From assembly GCA_963977015.1 (NCBI GenBank), contig CAXBMO010000006.1, forward strand, positions 64,001-128,000: 64,000 nt of DNA, written 5' to 3'. The stretch's first letter is position 1. Every line of letters begins with the position of its first letter. Below are positions 40,725 to 50,244 of the stretch, piece after piece. Below the pieces are notes generated by a model, which was not told the DNA's origin, made no database searches, and saw only the letters and a list, made by a program, of their open reading frames with translations. This stretch comes from an uncultured bacterium. GTDB lineage: Bacteria; Verrucomicrobiota; Verrucomicrobiia; Verrucomicrobiales; DEV007. The translations under genes and the position numbers were made by a program.

Positions 40725-41438
40725 CTAAAGCGCTTTCAGCGCGGCAACGATGTCGGTCGGTTCGGCGCGATTGCGGTAGTCGGCGTCGAGGAAGGCCCAC
40801 TGGATGGTTCCGTCTTTGTCGATGATGTAGGTCGCGGCGAGGGGAAGTTCGTTATCCTTGGCGTCATCGCCGTTGTATTGCTGGAGGTTGAAGGCCTCTT
40901 TGTAGAGTCTCGCAACTTCAGGCGTGAGGTTGAAGAGGGTTCCGTATTCCTTGGCGATTTTGTGGTTGAGATCGGTCAAGACTTGAAACTCGAGGCCGTT
41001 TTTCTCGCTGGTGGAGAGTGAGTTGTCGGGAAGCTCGGGCGTCAGGGCGAGAAGTTGGGCTCCGGCTGCCTGGAACTCGGGGAGCTTTTGCTGAAGGGCG
41101 CGCAACGTGAGGTTGCAGTAAGGGCACCAGCCGCCGCGATACCAGGTGAGAACGACAGGGCCGTCTTTGAGCATGGTGGATAGGGTGACCTCTTCGCCGG
41201 AGGCGTTGGTGAGGGTGAAATCGGGGGCTTGATCGCCGACTTGCTTTGCCGAGGCCACGATCCCCGCCCGAACCACGGCGCGGACGCCTTCTTCGTAGGC
41301 GGCTTTCTTCGATTCCGAAGCGGCAGCTGTGGATTTGGCTTTGTAGGCTTCGAGTTGCTGGGCGAGCGACTCGTTCTCAGCAGTGGCGTTGCTGGTGAAG
41401 GCGAGCATGGTGAGAAAGAGGAAGTAGATACGGGTCAT
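40725..41438 (-). CDS. Secreted peroxiredoxin-like AhpC/TSA protein
   Basis: 'APDFTL', 'YRGGWCPYCN', 'DADYRNRAEP'. Confidence 0.88.
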   Translation of the reverse strand: MTRIYFLFLTMLAFTSNATAENESLAQQLEAYKAKSTAAASESKKAAYEEGVRAVVRAGIVASAKQVGDQAPDFTLTNASGEEVTLSTMLKDGPVVLTWYRGGWCPYCNLTLRALQQKLPEFQAAGAQLLALTPELPDNSLSTSEKNGLEFQVLTDLNHKIAKEYGTLFNLTPEVARLYKEAFNLQQYNGDDAKDNELPLAATYIIDKDGTIQWAFLDADYRNRAEPTDIVAALKAL

Positions 41439-41549
41439 GGGAAGTTGGATAACAGAGATACCAAGGTTGGTAGCCCACAGGGCTGTAACCTTAATCGAGA
41501 ATTTGAGATTTCCCGAGTTGCCAGGGTGAAAGCATTCATGGTAGCCTGT

Positions 41550-41566
41550 TGGCACGTGAACTGCTA
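41550..41566 (+). promoter_or_regulatory. Putative sigma-54 (-24/-12) promoter
   Basis: TGGCACGTGAACTGCTA: GG-N10-GC spacing, just upstream of the GNAT gene. Confidence 0.5.
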
Positions 41567-41578
41567 CAAAATGTTGGG

Positions 41579-42160
41579 ATGCTAGAAGACGCTCTTGAGA
41601 AATTTCCGGTTCGGACAACGCTCAGCGATGAGACACCGATCACGATTCGGCCCATGGAGGCTGGTGATGAAGGCGCGTTTCGCGATTTTCATACGGTGAT
41701 CCCCGATCAGGAACAGTTGTTCCTGCGCAACCAAATTAAGGATGGAACCCTTTTCAAGGAGTGGATGTCAGATCCTGAAGGAGGCGAACACCTGCCGTTG
41801 CTGACCTTTATTGATGGAAAATTGACAGCGATGGCCTATTTGCATCAACCGCGAGGCGGCTGGAAACGGCACATCGGCGGGGTGACTTTTTTGACCCACC
41901 CGGATTTCAAGGGGCTTGGCCTCATCGACCACCTTCTCAAAGAGGTGATTGAGCTGGCTCAGCATTGTGGCCTCACCAAGTTGGAGTCCGAGATTAACGG
42001 CGAACGCGTTTCAGCCATTGAATCGCTCGGGATGGTTGGGTTTCGCGAACTGCTCCGGCTTCCCCACTACGTGCAGGACATGAAGGGGCGTTCCCACGAC
42101 TACGTCTTGATGGGGATGAACCTGGTCGCGTCGTTTGAGTATCTGGGCGCGGGAGACTGA
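41579..42160 (+). CDS. GNAT family N-acetyltransferase
   Basis: 'ITIRPM', 'THPDFKGLGL', 'GF' motif B region. Confidence 0.8.
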   Translation: MLEDALEKFPVRTTLSDETPITIRPMEAGDEGAFRDFHTVIPDQEQLFLRNQIKDGTLFKEWMSDPEGGEHLPLLTFIDGKLTAMAYLHQPRGGWKRHIGGVTFLTHPDFKGLGLIDHLLKEVIELAQHCGLTKLESEINGERVSAIESLGMVGFRELLRLPHYVQDMKGRSHDYVLMGMNLVASFEYLGAGD

Positions 42161-43120
42161 TCAGGCAAGCTGCGCCATCAGATCGGTCGCGATGGATTCC
42201 GGGTCGGAGGCATCGCCAGTCGCCTCAATGCGTTTTGGCGGTTCGGTGCTCGTTTCGCCTTCCGGAACGTCTTTGAACACGATGGCGCGGACCTTCACTT
42301 TCCCACCGTCGAGGAGCTCGGTATGGACCCCAACCGGAGTCTGGCAACCGGCTCCGAGCGCGTGGAGAAAGGCTCGCTCGACTCGAATGCGATGCCAGGT
42401 TGGCTCGTGATTGATGGCGGAGAGAATCTTGCGCGACTCATCGTCGTCGGTGCGGATTTCGATCGCGACGGCACCCTGGCCCGCGGCCGGAATCATGACG
42501 GATGGCGGCAGGATCGCGAATCCCAGCCGGTGATCCTCGAACGCGAGTTCCGTTCCGCTCAAGTCGAACCCGAGGCGTTTGAGACCGGCATGGGCCAGGA
42601 TCGTGGCGTCGATTTCGGGTAGCGTGGCGACTTTGCGGAGGCGGGTTGGAACGTTTCCGCGAATTTCGACCAATTTGAGGTCGGGCCGCCGTTCCTGAAT
42701 CTGGCGATGGCGGCGAACGCTGCTGGTCGCGACCGTCGCGCCTTCGGGCAGGGAGTCGAGGCCGTTCTCCGCATGAATTTGAGCTTTGGTGATGACGACG
42801 TCTTCGATCGGGGCTCGTGGAAGCACCGCCGCGAGATCGAATCGCGATTCCAGGATCGTCGGCACGTCCTTGAGGCTGTGAACTGCGGCGTGGATCGTCT
42901 TTTCGTCGAGCGCGTCCTCCAACTCCTTGGTGAAGACGGCCTTGTCGAGGTTGGGGGCGGAAAGCTTGAGGTCCTGGCGCTTGTCGCCCGTTGTCGCGAT
43001 GATGTTTTGTTCAACGGCGCGGTCGATTCCAGACGCTTCCAGGGCAGCTTGGGTCATTTTCGCCTGGGTCAGCGCAAGATCGCTACCGCGGGTTCCGAGA
43101 ATAAAGGGATCAGAGGCCAT
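42161..43120 (-). CDS. hemC: Hydroxymethylbilane synthase
   Basis: 'GTRGSDLALTQ', 'VHSLKDVP', 'TSSVRR', 'RGNVPTRL', 'GAGCQTP'. Confidence 0.96.
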   Translation of the reverse strand: MASDPFILGTRGSDLALTQAKMTQAALEASGIDRAVEQNIIATTGDKRQDLKLSAPNLDKAVFTKELEDALDEKTIHAAVHSLKDVPTILESRFDLAAVLPRAPIEDVVITKAQIHAENGLDSLPEGATVATSSVRRHRQIQERRPDLKLVEIRGNVPTRLRKVATLPEIDATILAHAGLKRLGFDLSGTELAFEDHRLGFAILPPSVMIPAAGQGAVAIEIRTDDDESRKILSAINHEPTWHRIRVERAFLHALGAGCQTPVGVHTELLDGGKVKVRAIVFKDVPEGETSTEPPKRIEATGDASDPESIATDLMAQLA

Positions 43121-43275
43121 GAGTGGGGATCTGTAGCCTTCGAATGGGAAATAATCAACGAAGGGCGTTTGAGCAGGGCGATCCTCTAACCTTGTCCGCA
43201 AGAACGGGCTTGCCCTCAGGCTTGGATTCAGTAGTCTTGGCGCCGAAACACAACCAATCTGGATTCTTTTTTACC

Positions 43276-44346
43276 ATGCGCATTCTCGTTACTGGCGGAG
43301 CTGGCTTCATCGGCTCCAATTTGATTCACTACCTGCTCAAGTCGGCCGAGAGCGAACTGGGCGTGAAGATCGACAAAGTCGTCAATTTTGACAAACTGAC
43401 CTACGCTGGAAATCTCCAGAACCTGACCGATGTCGATTCGGATCCGCGCTATGCGTTTGTGCAGGGTGATATCTGCAAGCGGGAAGATTTCGCCGGCGCG
43501 CTGGCCGAACATGACATCGATCACGTGATGCACCTCGCCGCGGAGTCGCATGTCGATCGTTCGATCGACGCCCCGGAAGAATTCATCATGACGAACTTTG
43601 TGGGAACGTTTCAGTTGCTGCACACCGCCAAGGAGTTCGCCAAAGAGAAGGACAAGGCCGATTTTCGCTTCCTCCACGTTTCAACCGACGAAGTCTACGG
43701 TTCCCTTGAATTGGATGATCCTGCGTTTGAGGAAACGACGCCGTATCAGCCTAACAGCCCGTATTCGGCGTCGAAAGCGGGTTCCGACCACCTGGTCCGC
43801 GCCTACTTCCACACGTTCGGTTTTCCCGTCATCACGACGAATTGCTCGAACAATTACGGCCCGTTCCAGTTTCCTGAGAAGTTGATTCCCCTCATGATCG
43901 GCAAGGTCTTGAAAGGCGAGAAGCTTCCGGTGTATGGCGATGGATCCAACGTGCGCGACTGGCTCTATGTCGAAGACCACGCCCGCGGCCTTGCCCTGGC
44001 GTTGGTCAAAGGGAAGACCGGTGAGACCTACAACATCGGCGGGAAGAACGAGCTGAAGAACATTGAGGTGGTTCGCGAACTGATCTCGATCGTTCACGAA
44101 TTGAAGCCGGAGCTGAAGACCGATTCCCCGGATGACATGATCACCTATGTGAAGGATCGTCCCGGACATGACAAGCGTTATGCCATCAACTGTTCCAAGA
44201 TCGAGGAGGAGTTGGGTTGGGCGCCGCGTGAGAGTTTTGAGACCGGACTCCGGAAGACGATTCAGTGGTACCTGGACAACGAAGCGTGGATTCGTGCGAT
44301 TGAAGACGGAACTTACGCGGGTGAACGGCTGGGTCAGTCCAGTTGA
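43276..44346 (+). CDS. rfbB: dTDP-glucose 4,6-dehydratase
   Basis: 'VTGGAGFIG', 'DKLTYAGN', '[10 protein letters not shown]', 'STDEVYG', 'DRPGHDKRY'. Confidence 0.96.
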   Translation: MRILVTGGAGFIGSNLIHYLLKSAESELGVKIDKVVNFDKLTYAGNLQNLTDVDSDPRYAFVQGDICKREDFAGALAEHDIDHVMHLAAESHVDRSIDAPEEFIMTNFVGTFQLLHTAKEFAKEKDKADFRFLHVSTDEVYGSLELDDPAFEETTPYQPNSPYSASKAGSDHLVRAYFHTFGFPVITTNCSNNYGPFQFPEKLIPLMIGKVLKGEKLPVYGDGSNVRDWLYVEDHARGLALALVKGKTGETYNIGGKNELKNIEVVRELISIVHELKPELKTDSPDDMITYVKDRPGHDKRYAINCSKIEEELGWAPRESFETGLRKTIQWYLDNEAWIRAIEDGTYAGERLGQSS

Positions 44347-44350
44347 GCTG

Positions 44351-44502
44351 GAAATCCCAAATTCCACGCACCAAATTCCAAAGAAAAGCTCAAATTCCAA
44401 TTCCAAAATGACAAACCCGGTCGCACGACGGAATTGGCTTTGGACTTTGGTCATTGGAAGTTGGATCTTGCCTGGAATTTGGAATCCGGGTTTTGGAATT
44501 TC
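44351..44502. repeat. Heptamer-periodic inverted-repeat element
   Basis: Left arm of CAAATTC-like units, right arm of GAATTTG-like units, ~65-bp arms. Confidence 0.75.
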
Positions 44503-45306
44503 ATGACGGCACGTCAAGCTAGTCCGTTGCTGTGTGTCGTCACCGGGATGGAACATTCCGGAACGACGTTTCTTTCCAAGCTTCTCACCGCCCATCCCCG
44601 GGTGAATGCGGCGTTCGAGTGCGGAGTTCTGCTGGGGGATTCGCCGGCGGAGATTCCGAAACTGGAGCCGTGGAGCGATTGGTTCGTGAAGCCAATTGAG
44701 GAAGGCCATTGGGGATTGACCCCCAGTCAGTTCGCGGAAGTCGCGGCGGCGGCGGATTGGGACGGCGCCTACGCCAGGATCATCGAGCATTGCCCGCTCT
44801 TTCTGGAAGGCGAAACCCAGATTGTCGACAAGTCTCCGCGTTATCTCCAGGATTTGCCCGAGATCCTGGCGAAAGTTCCCAACACGCCCTGTCTCGTTCT
44901 GGAGAAGGACGCGTTGCTCATGTTTCACAGTTACAAGCGGCGTGGGTTTGGCGTGAAGCGGTTTGCGAGTTACTTCAACCGCTGTCAATCCGCGTTGCGG
45001 GAAGCGGAGAAGCAATTCTCAGTTCTTCGGGTAAGCCAGGAGCGGCTTTCGGCCAATCAGAGCGAGGTTTTTCGGGAGCTTTGCGACTATCTCGGCCTGG
45101 AATTCGATGAGCAATACGTCAACCGGCGTTGGTGCAAGCATCACATGTTCGGCATCAGCTTCGTCTGGCTCTTCAAAAAGCCGTATGATTTCGACAAAGC
45201 CCGCGAACGGGCCGATGCGGAGGTAACCCGGGAAGAGCGGGCTTATCTCGTGGACAACCTGCAGAGAATTGGTCACGATACCATGTTCACTCTGCTCGAT
45301 GCCTGA
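44503..45306 (+). CDS. Sulfotransferase family protein
   Basis: 'VTGMEHSGTTFL' PAPS-loop, 'HP', 'VDKSPRY', 'ELCDYLGLEF'. Confidence 0.78.
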   Translation: MTARQASPLLCVVTGMEHSGTTFLSKLLTAHPRVNAAFECGVLLGDSPAEIPKLEPWSDWFVKPIEEGHWGLTPSQFAEVAAAADWDGAYARIIEHCPLFLEGETQIVDKSPRYLQDLPEILAKVPNTPCLVLEKDALLMFHSYKRRGFGVKRFASYFNRCQSALREAEKQFSVLRVSQERLSANQSEVFRELCDYLGLEFDEQYVNRRWCKHHMFGISFVWLFKKPYDFDKARERADAEVTREERAYLVDNLQRIGHDTMFTLLDA

Positions 45307-46228
45307 CAAGACGCCCAGCTTTATCGATCCCGCCGCTTTGATGCGGATCCGCTCTCTGGAATTGCGGGCGAAAGTGGTGGTCGAAGGGTTTTGGAAGGGC
45401 TTGCACCGCAGTCCCTATCACGGGTTTTCCGTCGAGTTCAGCGAATATCGTCAGTACACCAAAGGCGATGATCCCCGCTACATCGATTGGAAGGTGTATG
45501 CGCGCAGCGATCGTCACTTCATCAAAAAATTCGAGGACGAGACGAACCTCCGTTGCCACCTGTTCGTGGATCAAAGCCGGTCGATGGAGTTTGGCTCGGG
45601 CGAGTTTGGGAAGGTGGATTATGCAAACTCGTTAACGGCGACGCTCGCCTATTTTCTGATGCAGCAGGGCGATGCGGTCGGGCTAACCACGTTTCATGAG
45701 AATCTGGCCGAGCAGATCCCGCCGCGCAATCGGCCGGGACATTTGCGGCGGCTGATGTTGATGCTGGAAGAGGATTGTCAGGGCAACGCGACCGATCTTG
45801 CCGGGATGCTCGAGCGAATCCCGCAAATGGTGCGGCGGCGGGGGCTCATTGTCGTGATTTCAGATTTTCTCGTGCCGCTCGATACCATTGAAGTCGGGCT
45901 GCGCCGCTTGAATGCGACCGGGCATGACGTCGTGCTCTTCCAGGTGCTCGATCCCGCCGAAACGACTTTCTCGTTTGAAGAGGCCAAGCACTTTCGCGAT
46001 GCGGAGACCGGGCAGGAGTTTTTTGTCGATCCCTCCGTGGCTCGAACGCGCTATTTGGAACGGTTTGAAGAGCATCGGGAAGCCCTGGCTGCGACCGCGA
46101 TCAAGTACGGAATGGACTTCGTTGCGATGGATACTCAAGAGCATCTCGAACACGCGCTGTCCCAATTCGTCAACCGGCGTCACAATGCCGGGATGGTCGC
46201 GAGAACCCGACGCGCGAAAAACAGGTAG
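45299..46228 (+). CDS. DUF58 / vWA-like protein
   Basis: 'GFSVEFSEYRQY..GDD.R.IDWK', 'DQSRSM', 'ISDF'. Confidence 0.9.
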   Translation: MPDKTPSFIDPAALMRIRSLELRAKVVVEGFWKGLHRSPYHGFSVEFSEYRQYTKGDDPRYIDWKVYARSDRHFIKKFEDETNLRCHLFVDQSRSMEFGSGEFGKVDYANSLTATLAYFLMQQGDAVGLTTFHENLAEQIPPRNRPGHLRRLMLMLEEDCQGNATDLAGMLERIPQMVRRRGLIVVISDFLVPLDTIEVGLRRLNATGHDVVLFQVLDPAETTFSFEEAKHFRDAETGQEFFVDPSVARTRYLERFEEHREALAATAIKYGMDFVAMDTQEHLEHALSQFVNRRHNAGMVARTRRAKNR

Positions 46229-46283
46229 GCGCTGGTTTCGGGCGACGGCACACCTCACCCCGGAATCCGGCGCGGAGCGAACC

Positions 46284-46985
46284 TTAAGCCTCTTGTTCCG
46301 GTGGTGGAGGCGGAAGGAAGTAAAGCTTCTTCGCCTTGTAGTCCAACACGGCTCCGTATTCCTGAAGAAAGTCGTAACCGAGTATTCCATCGACCTGGAT
46401 CCCGAAATTGTTGATGCCGGTGGCCACGAGATTCGCGACGCGGAAAACGCGGCTCTCGAACTTGGACTTGCCGAGTTGGAAATTCTCGAGCTTGGCATCG
46501 CCAATTCCCATTTGGCGACCGTCGATGGTGTTGAGAACGTCGCCGGTTTGCTTGACGGTCAACCCGAGGACGTCAGCCACCGGGCCGTCCAGATAGGAGT
46601 AGGGAAGGTTGGTGTTGATGATGAAGGTGTGATCGCGGTCCGCGATTTTGACGATCACAATCATGGCGGATTTCTCATCATTGTAGGTTAGCGAGTCGCA
46701 ACCCACATTGGTGAGGTATTGCTCCATCGTCACATCAGCAGACGAGGTGGTTCGGCTCGGGTCGGTCGCCCACAGGTCGATGTATTCCTGATCGGCTGGG
46801 CTGAGCGAAGTGACGGGGACGGGCGCCGTTTTTCCACTTGCCAGTTTTAAGATGGCCTTGCCATCCTCGAGGCCTACGAGTTCGGCTTCAATCGCGCGAC
46901 CGTTGGTGTTCGTAAAGCTCCGGCTCTGGGCTTGGGCAAAACCCAGGCCAAGCGCGGTGATGATGAGAAATCTAATCACGTTCAT
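46284..46985 (-). CDS. Secreted SHD1 + retropepsin-fold protein, catalytic Asp replaced by Asn
   Basis: Signal peptide; SHD1-like 'RSFTNTNGRAIEAEL...SLSPADQEYI'; 'FIINTNLPYSY'; 'DGILGYDFL'. Confidence 0.75.
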   Translation of the reverse strand: MNVIRFLIITALGLGFAQAQSRSFTNTNGRAIEAELVGLEDGKAILKLASGKTAPVPVTSLSPADQEYIDLWATDPSRTTSSADVTMEQYLTNVGCDSLTYNDEKSAMIVIVKIADRDHTFIINTNLPYSYLDGPVADVLGLTVKQTGDVLNTIDGRQMGIGDAKLENFQLGKSKFESRVFRVANLVATGINNFGIQVDGILGYDFLQEYGAVLDYKAKKLYFLPPPPPEQEA

Positions 46986-46991
46986 GGGATT

Positions 46992-47708
46992 CTATTGTTC
47001 AGGAAGGAAGTAAAGGACCATGGATTCCCAATCGGCAATCCCGTCGAAATATTGCAGCACGTCGGCACCCATGATGCCGTTGGCTTCGATGCCGATCCGT
47101 TTCAGGCTGCAGACGCCAAGCTCGAAGCCTTCGATTTCGAGACCGGCGATGCCGAACGTTTTCGTCGCGCCGGCGTAAACCTTTTCAGTTCCTCCATCGA
47201 TCGTCGGAAAGTCGCCAAAATCGACATCGCGGTAAACTTCCACCTTGGTGGATTCGGCAACTTCGCTATCGACCATGCTGAGGGCCCGGCCGGAGTCGAA
47301 AATGAACGTGAAGGGTTTTCCGTTCACCGATACATCAACGAGAATCGACTTCCCTTTCTGGGTCAGCTTTGCCGAGGCGTAACCCTTCTCGGTCATGAAT
47401 TTGGACAATCCCATTCCACCGGCTGCGCTCTTCGCTGCGGCGCGGGTTCGTTCGGCGGGATCCCAATTTTGAATGTAGGATTGGTCGTCGATGCTCAGCG
47501 CGGCAATCGGCACGGGGATCTCGCTGAGGTTCGAGCGCCGGAGAATGGCCTTGTCGCCTTCCACGCGGATGAGGCGGGCGCGCAACTCTTTGCCCGACTG
47601 GCTTTTGAAGGTGCGATATTCAGCCGCGCCGGCTCCGGATTGGGCCAGGGCCGGAGTGGCAAGGCTCAGGAGAATGAGTCCTGAGTAGAGAAGGGGGATT
47701 TTCATCAT
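46992..47708 (-). CDS. Secreted SHD1 + retropepsin-like aspartic protease
   Basis: Signal peptide; SHD1-like 'RTFKSQSGKELRARL...LSIDDQSYI'; 'FIFDSG'; 'GIMGADVL'. Confidence 0.8.
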   Translation of the reverse strand: MMKIPLLYSGLILLSLATPALAQSGAGAAEYRTFKSQSGKELRARLIRVEGDKAILRRSNLSEIPVPIAALSIDDQSYIQNWDPAERTRAAAKSAAGGMGLSKFMTEKGYASAKLTQKGKSILVDVSVNGKPFTFIFDSGRALSMVDSEVAESTKVEVYRDVDFGDFPTIDGGTEKVYAGATKTFGIAGLEIEGFELGVCSLKRIGIEANGIMGADVLQYFDGIADWESMVLYFLPEQ

Positions 47709-47760
47709 GGGGATTGTCTCGCAACAAGGTTGAGGGATCAAGATTCGAATCGGGAGGATT

Positions 47761-49179
47761 TCAGGGAACGCGAACGAACATTTTTTGCGCCTGATAATCG
47801 ATGAGCGCGCCGAGCTTGCTGATGGCATCGAGCCCGAGAATGCCGTCGACATCGACCTGGCCCTGTCGCGCCGCCAGTTCGGGGAAGCGGAAGATCATGC
47901 AGGTGCGGATGGGGATGGCACCGGTGGAATTGGCGCCGTTGAGATCGACGATCCGGAGGTCCAGCGAGGGGAGGGGCTTGCCTGCGATGTTGAGGGTTTC
48001 GAGTTTGGCGAGATGGAGCTGGGTCTTCTTTCCCGCGACCATCATGAACTCGTTGAGAGGGGTTGCGGACATGCCGATGCGGGAGGCGGCGGCGCGATCG
48101 AGATAGGAAACGGGGAGGGTCGAGTTGAGCAGAAAGCGCAGTTTCTCGGTTCCCAGATTGAGCTCGAACGCGGCGACCGTGGAGTTGCCGTAGCCGTAGG
48201 GAACAGGGGCGAATTTTTCAGCTTCGAGAATCTCCCCAATCTTGACCGAACCCAGCCCTTTGCGGCGCGGATCCGTGGACCAGAGATCGAGATATTCGCG
48301 GTCGGCGTGGCTCAGCGAGGAAATCGGGACCTGGACCTGTTTGCCGCCATCGACGTTCAACGTCACCGAGGTCGACTCAACCGTGACGAGTTCGCCGAGC
48401 ATCTTGGCGCCGGTCTTGGTGGTGTATTCGCGCAATTCGCCAACGTCCGGCCCGGCGTTTTCCGTTTCGCCGCCTTTGCAATAGGCGACCCGCTTCTGCC
48501 AATCGATCATCGCGTCCATCAGCTGAAAAAAGTCGGCACCCAGAATTCCCTGGGCCTTGAACCCGATTTTAGGCAAGTCCGCAATCCCCATTTCCCAGGG
48601 CTCGAGATGCGTCTGACCGAGCGTGAAGGAGTCGAATACGCCGGCGATGACCTTTTCCAGGGAACCGTCGGGAAGGGGAAACTCGCCGAAAACGATTTCG
48701 CTGCGCTCCACACCGGCTTGAGCGGCCAGGTTGCTGTCGAAAATCGTGAGGAACTGGCCGGGATCGAGGAGGAACTCGAACGGCTTCTGGTTCACGGCGA
48801 CGTCGATGGTCAGGTTTCGGTCCCCGACCTTGAGTGGCGTCTGGGTGTAACCCGATTCGCGCAAAAATTCGGACAATCCCAGATCATCGAGCCATTCGGC
48901 CCGGCGTTCGTCCGGGTTCCACGCCTGGATGTAGGCTTGGTCATCGATGGACAGCGCTTGAATCGGGATCGTGACGTCCAGGCCCGAGGAGGTCCGGATT
49001 TGGGCGTCCTTCCCGTCGACCGAAAGAAGACGGGCCCGAACTTCCTTACCCGAAGCGCGACTGGTGAAGGTTCGGTATTCCGCTGCGCCCGCGAGCTCCG
49101 CCAGTGACGAAGCAATTGTGAGGCCCAACCATCCAACGACAAAAACGTAAGCAAGGTGCACGGTCGAGACGCTAGGCAT
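47761..49179 (-). CDS. Secreted tandem (SHD1-retropepsin)x2 protein
   Basis: Two SHD1-like domains; protease domain 1 'FLLDPG...GILGADFF', domain 2 'FLLNST...DGILGLDAI'. Confidence 0.78.
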   Translation of the reverse strand: MPSVSTVHLAYVFVVGWLGLTIASSLAELAGAAEYRTFTSRASGKEVRARLLSVDGKDAQIRTSSGLDVTIPIQALSIDDQAYIQAWNPDERRAEWLDDLGLSEFLRESGYTQTPLKVGDRNLTIDVAVNQKPFEFLLDPGQFLTIFDSNLAAQAGVERSEIVFGEFPLPDGSLEKVIAGVFDSFTLGQTHLEPWEMGIADLPKIGFKAQGILGADFFQLMDAMIDWQKRVAYCKGGETENAGPDVGELREYTTKTGAKMLGELVTVESTSVTLNVDGGKQVQVPISSLSHADREYLDLWSTDPRRKGLGSVKIGEILEAEKFAPVPYGYGNSTVAAFELNLGTEKLRFLLNSTLPVSYLDRAAASRIGMSATPLNEFMMVAGKKTQLHLAKLETLNIAGKPLPSLDLRIVDLNGANSTGAIPIRTCMIFRFPELAARQGQVDVDGILGLDAISKLGALIDYQAQKMFVRVP

Positions 49180-49209
49180 TTGAGCAGCTCGATCAATCGC
49201 AACTTTGAA

Positions 49210-50229
49210 TCAAACTGCGGCCCGCATTCCGCCCCGAACCGTTCCCGCCGCCGTGGCCCCGTAGTTGGCCTCAAACCAGGGGGCCAGGGGACGGTTGTTG
49301 GGCGGGGAAAGCCAAATCCGGAGAATGTGGCGACGTTTTTCGGGATCGGGGTCATCCTCAAACTCGGTGCGACGATGATAGGTGACCCAATTGTTGAGAA
49401 AGAGCAGGTCTCCCGGCTGCTGATGAAATCGCAGGTGCAGCGTTTCATCGGCCGCGATTGCTTCAATCAGATCGAGGGCTTCCCGCTGGCGATCCGTCAT
49501 CGCGGGCAAATCCTCGCGTTGGTAGGCTCGCTCGATCAGGACACGAAGGAACGCCGACGCGAATACTCCGTCTTGAAACGAGAAAATCGGTTGCTCGCAA
49601 TACGGCTTTTCATTTCCCAAATCGACATTGTGGCGCAGGTAACGGTAGGGCGAGAACAGTTCCTCAAGGAGATCGGGTCGAGTTTCGAGAATGCGATTGT
49701 AAATCGCCATGGAGCTGACCACCTCGTTTTCGCCGCCGGATTTCGCCTGCTGCAGGCAGAAAAAGCCGATCACATCGCATCGATCCGTGTGAAAGCTGAG
49801 CTTTTTCCGGGTATTGGGACCACGGGCTCGGGCATCGCCTTCGGCAAAGCCTTCATCACGCACGCTGAACATCTTCTCTCCCTTGGCGCTCTGCGAAACC
49901 GGTGTTCCCAGGTGGCGGGAAATTCCCCAAAAGAGCCGTCGGCATTGTGCTTCGCTTAGGTTGTCAATCTCCAGGCCACGGATGATCGTGGCGCCTGAGC
50001 CGTTCTCGAGGGAATCCTGGATGGCGCTGAGTTGGCGAGCCAGGGTGGGGAGGGGAAAGTGGTCGTTGTCGAGTTCCTCCAGCGGCAGATCGGCTCCGGC
50101 CCGCAGCGCCGCATTCAGCTCATCCCGTTCCGATTCGTCCCAGTGGATCTCCCAATCGTTACGCTTGGTGAGTTCCGACGCAGTCCATGCTGCGGGGTGT
50201 GTGATGGGTTTGAAAGGCGCTTCAGGCAT
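49210..50229 (-). CDS. TauD/TfdA family Fe(II)/2-oxoglutarate dioxygenase
   Basis: 'FHTD' HxD motif, 'PGDLLFLNN...HRRT', 'RHILRIWL'. Confidence 0.9.
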   Translation of the reverse strand: MPEAPFKPITHPAAWTASELTKRNDWEIHWDESERDELNAALRAGADLPLEELDNDHFPLPTLARQLSAIQDSLENGSGATIIRGLEIDNLSEAQCRRLFWGISRHLGTPVSQSAKGEKMFSVRDEGFAEGDARARGPNTRKKLSFHTDRCDVIGFFCLQQAKSGGENEVVSSMAIYNRILETRPDLLEELFSPYRYLRHNVDLGNEKPYCEQPIFSFQDGVFASAFLRVLIERAYQREDLPAMTDRQREALDLIEAIAADETLHLRFHQQPGDLLFLNNWVTYHRRTEFEDDPDPEKRRHILRIWLSPPNNRPLAPWFEANYGATAAGTVRGGMRAAV

Positions 50230-50244
50230 CTGAAATTACCGAAC

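Noticed and set aside
44351-44502. CRISPR array
   Set aside because: 7-nt degenerate units in inverted arrangement, no repeat-spacer structure, no cas genes
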